A stretch of DNA of 64,000 bases. It comes from Octopus sinensis. Its lineage: Eukaryota. The stretch is taken from positions 82,956,001 through 83,020,000 of the forward strand of contig NC_042997.1 in the NCBI RefSeq assembly GCF_006345805.1, written 5' to 3'. A program made the translations under genes and the position numbers. Of this stretch, positions 43,601-55,977 are shown one piece after another (position 1 is the first letter of the stretch; each line of letters starts with the position of its first letter). The notes below the pieces were generated by a model that saw only the letters and a program-made list of their open reading frames with translations, was not told the origin of the DNA and did no database searches.

Positions 43601-43730
43601 TCGGCAAGCCAACTCTCTATATATGGGATCTTCCATTTTTGGGCAATAATTGATGGGTTGATGCCACGTACATTTAACAGGAATGTCGAGGTAAGGGAAG
43701 TTGGTAATGGGTGAGTGGTCCTTGTGATGC
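40627..43730 (-). mobile_element. CR1-group LINE: apparently complete ORF2 (APE + RT) with two single-base frameshifts, ORF1 absent, inserted in (TA)n
   Basis: LNVRGI, LTETHL, GDFNLP, LDLVLTN, LSDH; NYRPISLTS, YLDFSKAFD, PQGTVLGPLLF, FADDTKL, LEYCCPLWSPH. Confidence 0.95.
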
Positions 43731-43749
43731 TATATATATATATGGTGGT

Positions 43750-43799
<50 letters not shown>

Positions 43800-44044
43800 C
43801 GTGTGTGTTTGTGCGTGTGCGTGTGCGTGTGCGTGTGCGTGTGCGTGCGTGTGTGCATGCGTAAACCTTTATATATCTAACAAAGGACTATGTTCAAAAC
43901 ATCATATTTTTACTTCCTAACTCCTTTTCTTCAAGCATCAAACTAATAATTTTCAAGGTTAACGTCTCTTGGCTTTTGCAGCTTTAGTGTGAATTCATCT
44001 TGTGTCATTCTTTAGCCGCTCTCCCTCGTTAGGTGTTTCCTAAC

Positions 44045-44075
<31 letters not shown>

Positions 44076-44119
44076 TGTATGTATGTATGTAGTATGTATG
44101 TATGTATGTATATATGTAC

Positions 44120-44216
<97 letters not shown>

Positions 44217-44229
44217 ATATATATACATA

Positions 44230-44460
44230 TACATCAAGACCAACTTCTCCTGTTCCTCCGAGAACCTAATCTACGTTCTCACATGCGCCGGTTGCCAACA
44301 TAATTATGTTGGACAATGCGCTAAAGACAAAAATCCCAAATTCTACATATTCCCCTTCTACCAATGTAAAGACGGAATCACCACACAGGAGAGAATTAAC
44401 AAGGAGAATCTCTTTATTGAAAAATTCAAAACGCATCTTAATATGCAAACTCCTCGTTGA
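44230..44460 (+). mobile_element. Penelope-like GIY-YIG endonuclease fragment, internally deleted
   Basis: [24 protein letters not shown]...ERINKENLFIEKF..LN. Confidence 0.8.
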
Positions 44461-44579
44461 TCATACTTCTTTTATCTACCTCATTCTTCATGGATGGACT
44501 AACACAAATATTTAAGGATACCATGCAGTCATCACTTCAAGCTAAAACTTATATTCTTTAAATATCATTATTATTATTG

Positions 44580-44676
<97 letters not shown>

Positions 44677-45196
44677 GACATAACAATCTGAAATGTAATT
44701 ATAAATTGGTTTATGCAAATTTATATAATTAGAAAACAATATAAATATAGTGTTAAAATCTGAATGTTAAGTTAGCAAATAATTATATAAAAAAAGATAA
44801 TGCAAATGAAGCTAAAATGATAATTTTATAATTTAAGGTTTATCAACACCCTTTATTACAAAACATTGATAAACCCAAATTGAAGAGCTTAAAACCCATA
44901 GAGTTGTCTCCCCTTATTCACAGCACAGGAACTGGACTACTACTTCCTGTTTTGCCATTCACTTAAGAGACACCCTTAATTAAATCAAACAACGCATGGA
45001 TTTAATCCCATGAATCTCAATACTCCAAGGTAATTTTTTCGTGAACTATCATTAAACTCAAGATACACAAAGACTTTACAATGTATCGGAGTACCTATTT
45101 TTTAATTTTTGTATATATTTATTATTATTTTTTTGCAAAAAACAATGTAATTTTCTTTTCCCCCCCTCCTCAAATTTAAAAAAAAAATTTCTTTAC

Positions 45197-45238
45197 AATT
45201 CTTGAAAAGTCACATTATGACGAAAACCGGTTTGAATT
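45197..45238 (+). ncRNA. Type I hammerhead ribozyme fold, dimer type, U3-A8 core variant
   Basis: AATTC-TTGAAAA-GTCA(CATTA)TGAC-GAA-AACCGGTT-T-GAATT. All three helices pair; helix III is a palindrome. Confidence 0.65.
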
Positions 45239-45399
45239 AATATATATATATTTTATCAATTTTTCAAAATTTTCCATACACCCATTTTCATTAAAATTTT
45301 CTTTCAATTTAGCATTCTGCCTTTGTATAATTTTTCCTTGCCTATATATACATATATATATATATACATACACACACACACACACACACACATATATAC

Positions 45400-45442
<43 letters not shown>

Positions 45443-45509
45443 TACATATATATATATATACATACATACATACATATATATATATACACACACACATATA
45501 TATATGTAG

Positions 45510-47480
45510 TGACTTCCTTCTCCTTCCACATCCACGACACTAACCATTCTCTCCGTCTTTTCAGCTCTTTCTTTTCTCCTGATCCCTCTAAACCTCTCTT
45601 CACTCTTGATATCAAGAGTGTATATACGGTGGCTCCACACAACGAAGGACTTCTTGTCCGCAAAGATTTCCTAGACCGTTGACCTAACTTCCAGCCTGAC
45701 ACGTCCACACTTCTTCGTCTGGCCGAACTTGTTCTCTCCCTCAATTGCTTCTCGTTCGCGGAAGAATTTTACCAATAGACCTCGGGAATGGCCAAGGGAA
45801 CGAGAATGGGCCCCCAACTATGCGAACCAAATATTTTCAAGATTCACTGGTCCTACTCCCGGACTATACGGTCGTTATATTGATGACTATATCGGTGCGA
45901 CCTCGCTCTCCCGCGAACAACTAGACTCCTTCCTGTCTTTTGTCCAAACCTTCCACCCTGCCCTCGAATTCTCTTGCACCATTTCCAACACTTCCGTCGC
46001 CTTTCTCGACATTCCAATCAACATACACAAATCCGCTCTCACTACCTCCATCCACTACAAACACACCAACTCACACTCATACCTAGACATCTCCTTCTCT
46101 CACCCTACCCACACCAAGCTCTCCACCCTCTACTCCCAATTCTTCCGTCTGCGTAGGCTCTGCAGCGATAACCATGACTTTCAGACTCAGTCTCAACTCA
46201 TGGCGCACCGCTTCATCCTTCGTGGATATCCCCTCACCACTATCTACACCGCCATTGCCAGAGCACATTCCGTGTACCGTGCCTTTGCTCTCTCTCCTCG
46301 CACCTGCCCAGACGCTGCCCGTCTCCTGTTTTCCCCTCACCTACCTCCTCTCCACCCTGCCCCTCCAACGCACCATTTTCCGAGCCTTCCGGTGACTCCA
46401 GCCCGACTCGCACATCAACCCCTTTCTTCCTTCAAATGAGCCAAAAACCTACGTGACCTCCTGCACCACAGTTTCTTCTCTAACCCCACCTCCCTAGCTA
46501 GCTAGTTCCCCTGCTCCCGCCCACGCTATCGCACTTGCTCCTACCACCACCTAACAAGCACCCATCATCGTCCCTATCATGTCACTGACTCCTTTACCTG
46601 CACTTGTAGCAATGTCATTTACTGCATATCCTGCTGTTTCTGTCTTCTCTGTATATCGGTCAAACGGGACGCCGCTTGGCCGACCGGTTCGCGGAGCACC
46701 TCCGAGACATTAGACTCGGCAATGACACCCCGCACTATTTCCGCTCAACCGGTCATTCATTACAGCACCTGTTTGTGTTCGGATTGTATTTGCACAGAGG
46801 CCATCCAGACTCCCGATTTCGCCATGAACAGGATTTAATTTTCTCTTTTCGCTCCTTTACTCCACATGGGCTCAACTCCCCTCCCCTCTTCATCTGACTC
46901 CCCTCTCCTCTCTTCATCTGATACCCACTTCCTCTCTTCACTCCTACCTACCTCCCTTCATTGATACCTCCTTCATCCACAGCACACCCCACACATCCCA
47001 CTCCCACATACCCCACACTACCCCACACTAAAACACCCCCACCTCCCACTTCATCACTCACCCACCATAATTCCCCCACACCGCCACACCACACCACACC
47101 ACACACTACCACACTACATCATACCACTACACACCACTCCGCAAACACTAGCACTGACCAATTCCCAGCACCCACACATTACTGACGCACACATTTACAC
47201 ACGCACATATCCACACGTCAAAGTCCCCAGCCCTTATCCACACGCACACACACTCTCACATACACACACCTTTTTTCTGTGATCGCCGGTACTTTATTTC
47301 CCGCTTCTTCCTCGCTCCCCTCTCCACAAGTTTTTTTTAAATTCTCTCTCAGTTTATTTTCTCGTGCCCCTTTCTATTGAAGGGCATAGGCTCGAAACGT
47401 AAACTTTCTCACCTTCCCGAGCATCAAACTAATACACCTGTTTGTTGTTTATACACCTGTCTTCTCTTTTTGTTTTTTTT
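45510..47480 (+). mobile_element. Penelope-like element (RT, GIY-YIG and 3' LTR-like region), decayed
   Basis: [71 protein letters not shown]. Confidence 0.9.
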
Positions 47481-47521
47481 TGTAAATTTCAACTATATAT
47501 ATATATATATATATATATGTG

Positions 47522-47556
<35 letters not shown>

Positions 47557-48166
47557 CTGTGTGTCTGTGTGTGTGTGCATGTGTGTGTCTGTGTGTGTGT
47601 TTGTGTGTATGTGTGTGTATGTGTGTGTATTCATATATTCTGTTTCGATGGAAGGGAGAAGGGTCTATACAATTTCAATAACAGTTGGAATATATATTTT
47701 CTTATATGACCTGAATTTCTTTTTCGCAACTTTTATTGGTATTTCTATAACGCCTACGTTATTTTTGGGTGTGTGAGTGGATCTGTTTATATGTGTAGTA
47801 TGAAGTACATTGGAATAATGTAAATGTAACATGTCCATAAAAATATCTTTCTGTTATGAGAGAAAGGTGCAATGTGAGAAAGGTGCAATGATGTAAATGG
47901 TAGAACGTTGGTCTCAGTGCTCTTGTATTCAAATCTAATCGTAAGCGACTGTATTTAACGTCACATCGATTCTAAGCTCCGCTTTACAATTTGCTACCTT
48001 GACAAATTTTGATAGTATTCAATTTTTATACATTACAGTTTTATCGTTTTCAATTAAAAATTTCGAGTATAACAAAACTATTTTCAAGATTGGTTTTATT
48101 TGAGTATCTGTACACCTGACTGATGTTGCTTTTGTAAAGATTCAGCTATCATGCACACACACCACA

Positions 48167-48222
<56 letters not shown>

Positions 48223-49694
48223 ACAAACACTATCTCTCTCTCTCTCTCTCTCATTCAAATAAACATGCGCACTCACTCATATTTTACAACCACCCTATGA
48301 AGCAACAACAGATTCATTATTGGAGAAAATTTACATTTAATTACCTATTAAGTCAATTTCGGAACAGATCGGAATAATTAGCTCCAATAAAGTAGTGCAG
48401 TTCTTTAGTAGGTTTCGTTAGCTTTCATTAACTTTCATTGATTGCAGATGAAGAATGCTCCGTTAAAGGTAAACTATTGATGGATGGACACATTTCTTTG
48501 TTGGACTAATGATTTCTAACATACAACAAGACCCCTTTAAACTTGCTTTCTTCATTTCATCAGCATCCCCAACAGTGCCTGTAAAATTGCCAAGGAGTGA
48601 GACAAGTATTTCTCAACCACATACTGGTGTCTCAAAAAGAAAATATAGTGATACCTTGTGTATTATTGATCATAAGCCTGCTCGACCAGAGTGCCATAGG
48701 GACTAAAACAGCTTTTCCTGTCGTTTCAAATCAGCCATACACTCTGGGCCTTGCTACTTGCCTCATCAAAACTTTCAATCTCTCTTTTTTCAAACGTGTA
48801 GCCCAACCTATGAAAATAATTATCTCAAAATAACCAAAATAACTTAGAGAAGAGGAACAGTCAATTAAATTAACATCAGTATCTCATTTGGTATTTATTT
48901 TATGGAACCTCAAAACACGAAAGACAAAAAGTGATTTTTGAAAAGGACTTAGCTAAATATTGCAGTGTATTTCGTCCGGTCCTCTACCAGTTTTGTCATC
49001 CACCGCTGCTTATTGGAATAACAAGAATGTAGCGAAATTACATAGTCTGTTGTTATATGATCGTTATTTTTTATACATTCTAGGTGAATGAAAAACAGAG
49101 TAGCTCCTAGCAGTATTAGAAACTTATTACCACATTCGACTCTTTCTCCTGTTTGACTGCCTTCAGTATTAATACTGATTTTTTTTTAATGTTGATACAA
49201 GAACTTGCATTTTAAAAGAGATATGTAGTAAATTGAATTGATAGTAGTCTATCAGTCGGCTTGTGAAAGGAAAATCGATTGGAACTCAAAAGACAAACAG
49301 CGAAATACTACAAAGTATTTAGTGCAGTTGTTATTTTGATAGATGGCCGAAAGTATTTTGCGCTACCATATCGTTCCTCAAAAGTCACACTCGCTAACCG
49401 TCAGCGCTTTTGTCGTACTCCTTTCCGTTTCGGTCTGGAATATTTCACTGGTCCCGATATCCTGCTTGTCCTTGTTATTCTGGTGAGGCTTGTGTGTGTT
49501 TTGTATCAGTTCCAGTCCCTGTATTCTGTATACTTCAAATTAACATTTTCATTTTCAGTCGAACCTAATCTCTCTCAAGAGTATGTCTTATGCTACGATC
49601 CTTTCCTAATAACACTAAGCAAGCGCAACACATGCAATCAAACACATGCAAATACACAGACACAGACACAGGCACACAGGCACGCACACACACA

Positions 49695-49753
<59 letters not shown>

Positions 49754-50439
49754 GCACACACGCACACACACACTTACAAACAAAGCACAAGCTCACACAT
49801 TTCGGAGTAGTAGTCTAGCGAGTGACTTAATCGCCTGAAGTGGTGAGTTGAAACTGATGTAATTACATCGTGGAAAGCTCATTCAAGCAATTTAATAACA
49901 GGCCAAACTGTTAAACTTTCTTTAAATATATTTCATTGGCTGTCAAATTTTCGTTGCTCAACTGCGACCTAGCGTTACAGTCCCACAAAAGGATTTAGTC
50001 TCCCATCAAGTTTCACAATTATTTGATTGCATATTATTACTATGGAACTCCAGCTGTCTTTACTGGCAGCTGGAGTTCCATTATTGGAAGAGAAGAAGTT
50101 TATGGTAGTAAAAGCTTGCTGATGTGTGATGGTTCGGGATTCAAGGAATTTCATTGTTTGTGTAGCCCAATAAATAATGTCGACACAAAGAAAATAGCAG
50201 AGTTATTGAAGTGACAAAAATCACTCAGTAGTTGAAAGAGGTGACTGGTGTGATGCTGTTAAATGGGTGAGACAGGGACGGACAATGAACAAAGTGAATA
50301 CCCTGCCATAATAACAAAACAGGTGAGATAGGATCAACAGAAAAATTCAAAATATTGATTTACAGAAGCGTTCGATTAAGGCAATAGTGTTAAGAAGCTA
50401 ATATACATGGCCTGCAATGGGAGATCACTGAAGAAAGGT

Positions 50440-50598
50440 GCAGGCATAGGTGTATGGTTAAGAAGCTTGCTTCCCAACTACATAGTTTCGGATTCAGTCC
50501 CACTGCGCAGCACCTTGGGTAAGTGTCTCCTACTAAAACTCTTAATCGACCAATGGCTTGTGAGTGAATCTGATAGACGGAAACCGTGTGAAAACCGG

Positions 50599-50600
<2 letters not shown>
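50440..50600 (+). mobile_element. SINE family B, 5' half
   Basis: aagaagcttgcttcccaac...gcaccttgggtaagtgtc...gacggaaac. Confidence 0.8.
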
Positions 50601-50658
<58 letters not shown>

Positions 50659-51078
50659 CAAAAATAAGCAACAAGAATGATTCCGGTAATTTAGTACAAT
50701 TGTTTCATACTACAACATTTTATTAAAAGCTATAAATATTACAGCAGATTCAAGATGCTGAGTACTCTTCAGCTAATTTATATAGGTTTTCCAATAACAT
50801 AAAAGCTTTCAAATCAAGTAATAACATTTTAGGGAAGGTGAACCACACAACCTCATATGTTCCTAAAATTTATATCTACATCTTTATCTGTATATTTACC
50901 TTCCCTAAAATGTTATTACTTAATTTGAAAGCTTTTATATTATTGGAAAACCTATATAAATTAGCTGAATATTACTCAGCATCTTAAATCTGCTGTAATA
51001 TTTACAGCTTTTAATAAAATGTTGTAGTATGAAACAATTGTACTAAATTACCGGAATCATTCTTGTTGCCTATTTTTG
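50659..51078. mobile_element. Fold-back MITE, ~184-bp inverted arms and ~52-bp spacer
   Basis: 50659-50842 is the reverse complement of 50895-51078 with few mismatches. Confidence 0.9.
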
Positions 51079-51179
51079 ATTATAATCACCCCGCAAATTT
51101 TTATGGGTAACACCATACAAAATTCTGGTGCATCTAAATTAAGTACCATATTCATTTGAATCTAAATTGTTGCTGAACT

Positions 51180-51210
<31 letters not shown>

Positions 51211-51289
51211 CGAGAGAATGATGAAAGTTAATAAAACTGCTTGGGTTTGATATACAAGATATATGTACATGTACACATGTAAATATGTG

Positions 51290-51600
51290 AAAGCACATGG
51301 CTCAGTGGTTAAAGGTAGTGAGTTCGATTCTTGGACCGGGTTGTGTGTTGTGTTTTTGAGCAAGACACCTTATTCACGTTGCTCCAGTTCACTCAGCTGT
51401 AGAAATGAGCTGCAACGTCACTGGTGCCAAGCTGTATCTGTCTTTACCTTCCGATTGGATGACATTGGTGGTTTGGAGGGGAGACGCTGGTTTGCATGGT
51501 CGATTGCTGGTCTTCCATGAACAACCTTCCCTGGACTTGTGCCTCGGAGGGGAATTTTTCTATGGTCATGCAATCCTATTGTCATTCATAACCGAAGGCG
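51290..51600 (+). mobile_element. SINE family C
   Basis: TGGCTCAGTGG A-box, GAGTTCGATTC B-box, ttgagcaagacac...cacgttgctccagttcactcagctg. Confidence 0.82.
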
Positions 51601-52551
51601 GTCTTTACTCCTTACATGTAAATAGAGAGAAAGCACAATTTTCAGAAGATGAATATTCAAGTATAGATATCTATATGTTAACAGAACCTGAAAACCAGTA
51701 TTGCTTTACTTATGTCCTCGTAACATAGCAGTTCATCAAAAGACCAATAGAATATGTACCAGATTTAAATATAAGTACTGGGATGGGTTTGTTCGCTTAA
51801 ACCCTTCAGGGTAGTGCCCTAGCATGACCGCAGTCCAATGTATGAACCGTAAAAAATAAAAAAAAAATTGAGGAACGTATGCACCAGGTTCGGGAGCCGT
51901 TTTGATACACGCACATATATGTGCATGTGTGTGTGTTTTTGTGCGTGCACACATTATTATGCATTATAATACAGGTTGAAAGTAGTTGGAGAACCCCATA
52001 ATTAACGAGCGTTTCGTGAACTTGAAGTCCTGAATTCAGATCTTTCCATTTTCTTTTTGTCGACATTATTTATTGGGCTACACAAGCAATGAAATTCCTT
52101 GAACCCCGAACCATCACACACCAGCAAGCTTTTACTATCATAAATTTCTTCTCTGCCAATGATGTTACAGACAGCTGGAGTTCCATAATCAAATGTGCTT
52201 TTGTTATTACTATCCCGCTTTTCATTTTATTCTCTGTTTCAGATTTAGTATATTTATTACCATATTATTCGATGTGTTGTTCCTTTTCATCGCATTCACT
52301 TAAATTTCAAGTAGGTCAGGCATGCGTTTTGAGGTTTTCATGTTTGCTGCTTGCTTGTCCAGTAAATGTTGCTCTATCAATCGTTAGATACAGCGTACTC
52401 GTATAAATACAAATTTTCTCAAACATACTACAAAAGCAAGAAGCGGCAGTTTGTCATGCAGTGTTACATCGTTTCACGTCTGCGAATGAATGAGTCTTTC
52501 CATATCAATAAATGATACATTTTTCTAATTAATAATCATTTATGTTCACAG

Positions 52552-52612
52552 TTTCACCGTTTTTCTTTCTGGTTCCATGGATTATTGTCAGAATCGTGTA
52601 TGAAAATTTTTT
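52552..52612 (+). CDS. GPCR exon, TM4: (L)SPFFFLVPWIIVRIVYENF(F)
   Basis: ttcacag|TT...TT|gtaagt, 61 nt, phase 1-2. P-x5-PW-x3-R motif; phase and size are typical of this exon in family B1. Confidence 0.92.
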
Positions 52613-53056
52613 GTAAGTTCTTTTATTTTTCTTTACTTTGTTCATTGTCATTTTTTTGTTCTTCCCTATATTTCAGCCGTAATTAAAAAAAAAAAAATTC
52701 TGTGAACTTAATACTAATATTTCATCATTTACAGAACATTAATTTTTAGAGCATACTATTCTTTCTCCCACTCATCATTCTTAATATTAGCAACGACTAC
52801 TTAATAATTGTTTTATCATAACCACAAGGCTTTGCTACAATGATAGGAATTTTGGTGGGGAATGGTTAGCAGATTAAATTGATGCCATTGCTGATTAGCA
52901 CTAATGAAGTACCAAAAAATGGCACTTTAATTTATCGAATAGAGGAAAATCAAAGTAGACCTTGGTGGGATTTGAACTTAGAACATAAAAAGCCAGAACA
53001 AATGCTGCTAATATTGCAAGGCATACATGTTTTCCGATCCTTTAATGGTTGCTAAT

Positions 53057-54130
53057 TTGAGTCATCCCATAAATAATGTGGTTTTTTCATTTGAATGAAC
53101 TAAAAGTTGGAGGGGGACAGGATAAACTACCTGCATCAACTTGCTATAAAAGAAGATAATAATTTTACCTTGTGCTTATTCTTAGTGTAAGTTTTGAACA
53201 GTGCAATTCGATTTTAACAGTTATTTTTCAGAGCTACAATGAAAGCGACAAAGGAGAATATTCGGCATATTTTACTTTATGAGTTCAATAAAGGCAACAA
53301 CGCAACGGAAAGTGCGAAGAATATTAATGCAGTATATGGGGATCAGACAATAAGCATAAGCCAGTATCAACGGTGGTTCCAGAAATTTCGAACAAGAAAC
53401 TACAGCATAGAAGGTGGGCTTCGTCCTGGAAGATCTGTAGAGCCCGACGAGGACGTCCGAGGAACTAGCAGAGAAGCTTGGATTTGGTCATTCAACCATT
53501 CATTGATACCTGCTTGCCATCAGAAAAGTCAGCAAATTGGGTTAATTGGTTCCCCACAAACTAACTGTATCTAATCGCACGCAGAGAGTGAATGTGTGCT
53601 CTTCTTTGCTGTCACGTTTTGGATCGAATAGTGACTGGTGACGAGAAATGGATCTCTATGAAAATGCCAAGCGTCGAAGAGGAGAAACATCGGCACCCCA
53701 GGTGATATTATCTGTTTGATGGGATATGAAAGGTTTAGTCCACTTTGAACTTTTAAACCCAAACCGCACGATAACAAAGGAGATCTACTGTGAGCAGCTC
53801 GAGCGGCTTAAGCCAGCGCTAGAAGAAAAACGACCATCTTTGATTTCAAGACGAAAGGTGTTCTTCCATCAGGATAATGCTCGGCTACATACAGCGAGAA
53901 TGACATTCCAAAGGCTGGAGCCACCATATTTGCCGGACATTGCCCCATCTGATTATCATTTATTTCGCAGTCTTCAAGGTCAGAACAGTACTGGAGGAGT
54001 ATTTTCTTGTCACGGACAAGTGAATTTTGGAAGAGGGGCCTTGCAAGTCTACCAGACGGATGGAAGAGCATTGTAGAAAATGAAAGAGAATACATTTTAG
54101 GTTAAAAAAGAACTTTGTTTATCTTAATTT
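53057..54130 (+). mobile_element. Decayed mariner, right TIR lost
   Basis: KENIRHILLYEFNKG, LVPHKLT, RIVTGDEKW, HQDNAR, PPYLPDIAPSDYHLFRSL. Confidence 0.9.
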
Positions 54131-54139
54131 TTTCGACTC

Positions 54140-54290
54140 ACCATAATCTGAGTTTAAATACCATCGAGGTCGACTTTTTCCTTTCAGCTCCTCGGGTTCA
54201 GTAGAATAAGTACCAGTTGGATAGTGGGGGTCAATGTAGTAGACTAGCGCCTTCTCCCCAAATTTTAGGCCTATAGTAGAAAGAATTATT
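54140..54290 (+). mobile_element. SINE family A (partial)
   Basis: gaggtcgactttttcctttcag...aataagtaccagttgg...ggggtcaatgta. Confidence 0.75.
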
Positions 54291-54999
54291 TAAAACTACA
54301 TTCAGAAATGTACATTTATGGTAGTTCCACTCATACAGCGAGTGAAGACCCACGGGCTAGGGTGGTGTAGAGCGCACTTTATTTTTCCCCGCCTGTTATC
54401 AACCTTAGTATGGTACTCCAAAGGGTTACCGTCGATATCCATTACATGAGATGCGATATAAAACGACTGATGCCTTTTCGATGTTTTTGCTTCAGTATGT
54501 GAAAACATTTCGCTACTACTATTATTAAAAGTCTGCCATTTGACGTTCTGATATATTACTGTTCTATCTTGCTTTCTATGATCAACACATCTGGATCATA
54601 TCTGCTGCACCACTTCCTCATTAATGTGTTTATGAGTCACTGGTTCACATTTTGAAGAACAATGTCGTGTATCCTTCCCCTCCACACTATTAACGATAAG
54701 TTTCAACCTCTCTGTGTCCTTAAACTTTATTTCAACAGTAATGGAGAAGAAATTATGATGTCCTCACTTTTAGGAGTCCTTTTCTTGCTGCTAGTTGTAG
54801 TAGTAGATGCTTATAAGAACGTCAGTGAACAGGTTTGACATGTTAAAGGAAATATGTTTTGTACAGCCTCCCCCACTTATTTAATTTGGTGCCGACTAGT
54901 TCGTCAGGTGGATCGAAAAGATAGAATCCTTGAATGCTGTGAATATGCCTACTAGCAATCGGTCATATAAGGCTCAATTAAAAATTGACCGGAACGGCA

Positions 55000-55900
55000 A
55001 ACATACAAAAACGACGATCTTTTCAGCAACTGGATTAAATATTATTCCCGCAGTTGTCCCTACTGTATATGTTGATGGGAAAGCATTAAAAACTGTTTCC
55101 TCATTCACTTATCTTGGTTCCATTGTGTCCAATGATGCGAAGATGGATAAGGAAATCGAGTCCAGAATCGGGAAGGCTAGCTCAACTTTCGGTAAGCTTT
55201 ATCACTGGCTATGGCGCAGCCAAGATGTATCGTTGAAGGTGAAAGTCGATGAATATAAGTTGGTGGTCTTGACAGCATTGCTTTATGGTGCTGAATCTTG
55301 GACGGAAAGTACATCAATCAAGTTGACACTTTTCAAATGCGATGCTTGCGTACTATCTCCAACATAAAGCCGAGTGACCATATTCATAACAGTGAGGTAC
55401 TTACAAAATGCAACATATCAGGTATTGAAGCCATTCTCATCAAAATACAACTTAGATAGTCAGGTTATCTCTCACGTATGAGTGCCATCAGAGTTACGAA
55501 GCAACTTCTCTTTGGTTAATTCCCAACAAGAAGGTCAGTTGGAAGGCCACTCTTGTGCTTCAAAGATAAACTAAAAGACAATTTGAAATGATGCAACATT
55601 CCCTTTTCTTTCCCGGAAAACAAAGCATCAGAACACACGACTTGGCGCCAGTCCTGCTTTTCCTCAGTTAAAAAATTAGAGTAAAATCGACTTGAAAGCA
55701 CGCTGGCAAAATACTGCTCCTCTAAATGGAAACCTTACCTGTCATTGTGGTTTTGTGATATAAAGCAAAACAGTCCTAGCCATCAACTCAAGAAAATACA
55801 TAGTAAATAATCCAGAAGCACTCAAACAAACCTATTCCATTTGCAAAATGGTTTGCAATGCATTAGCAGGCCTCAAGAGACACATTCATGCCTATATAGA
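55000..55900 (+). mobile_element. RTE-clade LINE, 3' fragment, decayed
   Basis: FTYLGSIVS..MDKEIESRIGKASSTFGKL..LLYGAESWT..RCLRTI..FKDKLK, with a C-terminal C2H2-like motif. Confidence 0.88.
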
Positions 55901-55977
55901 ACATGATCAACGGTTTATTTTACTGAACTCTCATTCGCCGTTCACGACAAAAGAATCCACCGTATATATATATATAT

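Noticed and set aside
48448-48468. Candidate 21-nt in-frame micro-exon (HEECSVK)
   Set aside because: It would put charged residues into TM4; no other support.
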